Shown: one piece after another, positions 61,055-64,000 of the stretch | Layout: every line of letters starts with the position of its first letter | Position numbering within the stretch: the first letter of the stretch is position 1 | Assembly (NCBI GenBank): GCA_965248445.1 | Contig: CBDFJG010000004.1 | Span: forward strand, 832,001 to 896,000 | Origin: Planctomycetota bacterium | Lineage (GTDB): Bacteria > Planctomycetota > JAJSAM01 > JAJVHW01 | Length of the DNA stretch: 64,000 bases | Direction of reading: 5' to 3' | The notes under the pieces: model-generated | The model's database searches: none | Told to the model about the DNA's origin: nothing | What the model saw: the letters and a program-made list of their open reading frames with translations, nothing else | Position numbers and translations under genes: made by a program

Positions 61055-62586
61055 GTACCCGTTCAGCCCTTGGTTCTGAGCTCGGATCCAGATCGCTTTC
61101 CGTTCGGTCGATGAATCGGATGTGGGCACCGATGAGCTGCGTGATCTGGTCGAGCGCCTGACCCGTCGTCTGGACGCTCGGGACGAGACGATTGCCGAGC
61201 AGGCGGAGGTGATCGAGCGGCAGGCGGCACGGATCGACGATCTCGAGAGCCGTCTTCGCCGGGACTCCCGCACCTCCTCGCGCCCACCGTCCTCGGATCC
61301 GTCGTGGTCCAAGAAGCGGCGGCGGCGCAAGCCGCCGTCGGACAAGCGCCAGGGTGCGCAGCCCGGCCACAAAGGGGCGACGCGCAAGCTCGTGGACGAG
61401 TCCGAGGTCGATGGCGTAGAGGACCACCGCCCGCGCGAGTGCAGCGCGTGTGGGAGCGACGTGCTCGTCCCGATCGATCGCGCCCCGACACGCCAGCAGG
61501 TCTTCGAGGTCCCGCCACGGCTGATCCAGGTGACCGAGCACCGGTTGCACCGGGCACGGTGCACGGACTGTGGCGCCACGTCCACTGCCTCGCTGCCAAG
61601 CGGTGTGACGGCGAGTCCCTTCGGCCCGCGACTCTGTGCGCTCACCGCGGCTCTGGTCGGCGTCTTCCGCCTGTCGCGGCGCGAGACCAGTCGTCTGTTG
61701 CGTGACGTCATCGGCGTCTCGATGTCACCGGGCACGGTCAGTGCGATCGAGGAGCGGGTGTCGGGAGCCATCTCCTCAGCGCACATCGAGGCCCTCGGGG
61801 CCGTACGCACGAGCAGCGTCGCCTATGTAGACGAGACACCGTGGTCGCGTCGTGGCACGCTGCATTGGCTGTGGAGCGCGGTCTGTGAGCACGCCACGGT
61901 CCATCGTATCGATCGGCGCAGGAGCGCCAAGGCCATGCGGCGACTCGTGGGCAAGCGCTTCAGGGGCGTCCTCGTGACCGACCGTATGGGCGCTTACGAC
62001 CAGCATCCCACCGAGCGCCGCCAGATCTGCTGGGCGCATCTCGAGAGGGACTTTCGAGCGCTGGCCGAGGGCTCGCGCGGCGGCCGGCGCTTCGGCAAGC
62101 AGGCCGTGCGTCTCGCCCAGGCTGTCATGCGAGCTCAGCGTCACTTCGGCGAGCACGGGGACCGCGACCGCATGCGGCGTGAGCTGCGTCTCACATGGGA
62201 CCGACTCCTGACGCTGCTCGTGCGCGGCGCAGACAGCAAGCACCGCCGAGTACGCGGAACGACTCGGCATCTGCTCGACCGAGCGGAGGCTCTGTGGACC
62301 TTCGCCGACGTCCCTGGCGTCTCCCCGACGAACAACGCCGCTGAGCGCGCGGTGCGCAAGCCGGTCCTGTGGAGACGCGCAACGCACGGAAGTCAGAGCG
62401 AGCGCGGACTCCGCTTCGTCGAGCGCATCCTGACCGTCACCGCCACGCTCCGCCAGCGTGGCGAGAGCGTCTTCGATTACCTCGCAGACGTCAGCGCGGC
62501 ACTCGCGCACAACCGCTCGCCGCCGGCTCTCGTCGCGCTCCCGATCACGCGCTGAGGCCGCGGATCGTCATACCCTGAACGGGTAC
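61055..62586 (+). mobile_element. second, divergent IS66-family element (1532 bp)
   Basis: TIRs GTACCCGTTCAG / CTGAACGGGTAC; no matching TSD. Confidence 0.9.
61122..62555 (+). CDS. IS66 transposase
   Basis: SSRPPSSD, GAQPGH, VDETPW, TDRMGAY, CWAH, TNNAAERAVR. Confidence 0.93.
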   Translation: MGTDELRDLVERLTRRLDARDETIAEQAEVIERQAARIDDLESRLRRDSRTSSRPPSSDPSWSKKRRRRKPPSDKRQGAQPGHKGATRKLVDESEVDGVEDHRPRECSACGSDVLVPIDRAPTRQQVFEVPPRLIQVTEHRLHRARCTDCGATSTASLPSGVTASPFGPRLCALTAALVGVFRLSRRETSRLLRDVIGVSMSPGTVSAIEERVSGAISSAHIEALGAVRTSSVAYVDETPWSRRGTLHWLWSAVCEHATVHRIDRRRSAKAMRRLVGKRFRGVLVTDRMGAYDQHPTERRQICWAHLERDFRALAEGSRGGRRFGKQAVRLAQAVMRAQRHFGEHGDRDRMRRELRLTWDRLLTLLVRGADSKHRRVRGTTRHLLDRAEALWTFADVPGVSPTNNAAERAVRKPVLWRRATHGSQSERGLRFVERILTVTATLRQRGESVFDYLADVSAALAHNRSPPALVALPITR

Positions 62587-62595
62587 AAACTTTCA

Positions 62596-62640
62596 GGGGG
62601 GGGGGGGGGGGGGTAAGTCCTTTTTGAACAACGACTTACG
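62596..62640. repeat. G18 homopolymer fused to AT-rich palindrome GTAAGTCCTT-N7-AACGACTTAC
   Basis: Read directly from the sequence. Confidence 0.7.
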
Positions 62641-62871
62641 AGCTTCACGCGCCGTCTTTCCCCATCTCGCTGGCGTCTGCGCCAGGCTCGGGTGCGAGAG
62701 GCGTTCGGCTTGGCCATCGCGGGAGTAGAGCACGCTCCCCCCGCCAGCGCAAACGAACCCCTGAGGGACTTCGGCCGAGGGGTAGCGTCCCACGAAGGTG
62801 TGTACATTTGTCTGACGACAGATTCTAAGGAAGCAACCTGGATGGGCCAGCCACGGATAGGAGGTGCGACC

Positions 62872-63108
62872 TCACGCCGGCCGGAGGCTGTTGGGCGGGT
62901 TCGGATGCTCCCGGACGCACCACTCCCACAGCTCGACGTGGTGCTGGCGCTCCCGCAGGAGGTCGGGGTAGAGGCCGACGACGGCGTCCGACAGAGCCTG
63001 GATGGGAAGATCCACGATCTCCCCCGCGACGGCGAAGCGGCGCTTGCCGGTCGGGCTGAGGCCGAGATCCTGAGCGAGCAGGAGTGTCCCGGGGAAGCGA
63101 GCGGCCAT
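62872..63108 (-). CDS. small hypothetical protein
   Basis: ATG 3 nt after the upstream stop; 78 aa. Confidence 0.5.
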   Translation of the reverse strand: MAARFPGTLLLAQDLGLSPTGKRRFAVAGEIVDLPIQALSDAVVGLYPDLLRERQHHVELWEWCVREHPNPPNSLRPA

Positions 63109-63111
63109 CGG

Positions 63112-63615
63112 CTACTCGGCGGGCTCCGGTTCCTTCTCCGGATCGGCGGTCGGCGCCTCGGTGGGCTTCTCGGCCGCCACGTCGTTCGAGCCGCCCGCCA
63201 GACCAAGGGCCTCCGCGACCGACTCGGCGGCTCCCTTCGCCGGGCCGTCCAGGTTGGCGTCCACGCGGATCGGGGTCTCGTTCGTAGGAGACGCCGTGCC
63301 TCCGCGCTGATCGGTGCCGACCTTCACGTCCTGGCGCGAGTAGAACAGATCGCCGACGCTGCCGGGGTTGCCCGCGGCCGCGCGTGCCTGGACAAACGCG
63401 GCGAGCTGCTCGGGCGTCCAGCGGTCCATGCCGAGCGGCCAGTCGGAGACGGTGACCTGGGTACGCACGACATCGGCTTCCTCGACGGCGAGGACACCGG
63501 CCGACCAACTGAGCGTCGGGTTGGCGGCGCCGGCGTCGGCGCGCCCGGTGGCGCAGCCGGGAAGCAGGAGAGCGGCCGGCAGGATGGCGAGAGCGGCGAG
63601 CAGGGGGAACTTCAT
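63112..63615 (-). CDS. hypothetical lipoprotein
   Basis: MKFPLLAALAILPAALLLPGC lipobox; ATGA coupling; P/E-rich tail. Confidence 0.7.
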   Translation of the reverse strand: MKFPLLAALAILPAALLLPGCATGRADAGAANPTLSWSAGVLAVEEADVVRTQVTVSDWPLGMDRWTPEQLAAFVQARAAAGNPGSVGDLFYSRQDVKVGTDQRGGTASPTNETPIRVDANLDGPAKGAAESVAEALGLAGGSNDVAAEKPTEAPTADPEKEPEPAE

Positions 63616-63893
63616 CGGTGTGACTCCTCTCGGTCGAGATGGTGCTCGACCCGTTCGATGGAGGCCTTCGCGGCCCCCAGGATCTCGGTGCACGTGGTGA
63701 TGAGCGCCGCGGACCTCTCTTCGAGGACCTCCACGGCGCGCACGGACTGACGCTGCGCCTCGTGGCACGCGTCGGCGATCACCTTCTGCGTCGCGTCGCT
63801 CTCGCGCATGCGGCGCAGGAAGAGCACCACCAGGACGACGAGCACCACGAGGGAGGGCACCTGACGGGCGGCTTCGGTGAGCACGGCTTCCAT
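63612..63893 (-). CDS. single-TM coiled-coil protein, holin-like
   Basis: QVPSLVVLVVLVVLFLRR followed by a heptad helix; 93 aa. Confidence 0.55.
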   Translation of the reverse strand: MEAVLTEAARQVPSLVVLVVLVVLFLRRMRESDATQKVIADACHEAQRQSVRAVEVLEERSAALITTCTEILGAAKASIERVEHHLDREESHR

Positions 63894-64000
63894 GGATCAG
63901 GCCCGGGCTGCAGCGTCACCTGCGTGCGCGTGACGGCCACGATCTCGACGCTCCCCGGGTAGCCGAGCAGGTGGGCCGTGACCTTCGGGGCGTTCTGGAA

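Noticed and set aside
63894..64000. Partial ORF at the right edge (FQNAPKVTAHLLGYPGSVEIVAV...)
   Set aside because: Too short, and its stop and frame are ambiguous, so no product can be assigned.

Overview
This is a high-GC bacterial chromosomal window, most likely from a Planctomycetota-type organism. That call is inferred from the GyrA motif HPHGEQVVYPTLVRMAQ, the CRTAC1/FG-GAP proteins, the STN-like and HEAT secreted proteins, and the PEP-CTERM/exosortase genes. 1-40 kb is mostly core-like. It holds an ECF sigma factor coupled to an anti-sigma/FG-GAP fusion, a GT4, hydrolases, dtd, a pair of Zn dehydrogenases, an NPEPL1-like M17 peptidase, pcp, an FHA-GAF sigma54 activator, gyrA, a two-subunit NAD synthetase, NfeD/slipin and a TPM coiled-coil protein. 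A MITE and several families of palindromic intergenic repeats are interspersed. 39.9-54.3 kb is a surface/EPS locus: a membrane protein, a GT2 translationally coupled to an NRPS with the non-canonical domain order A-A-T-C-T-TE, an IS1595, a PEP-CTERM protein with thioester-domain-like motifs, exosortase, EpsI, a frameshifted TPR protein and a GT2 remnant. This locus is the best candidate for an undescribed system. 54.3-62.6 kb is a pile-up of six IS elements or fragments (three IS66, two IS3, one IS1380) without matching target duplications. Small phage-lysis-like genes follow at the right edge. No CRISPR array, tRNA or rRNA was seen. All calls come from motif reading only; no database searches were run.
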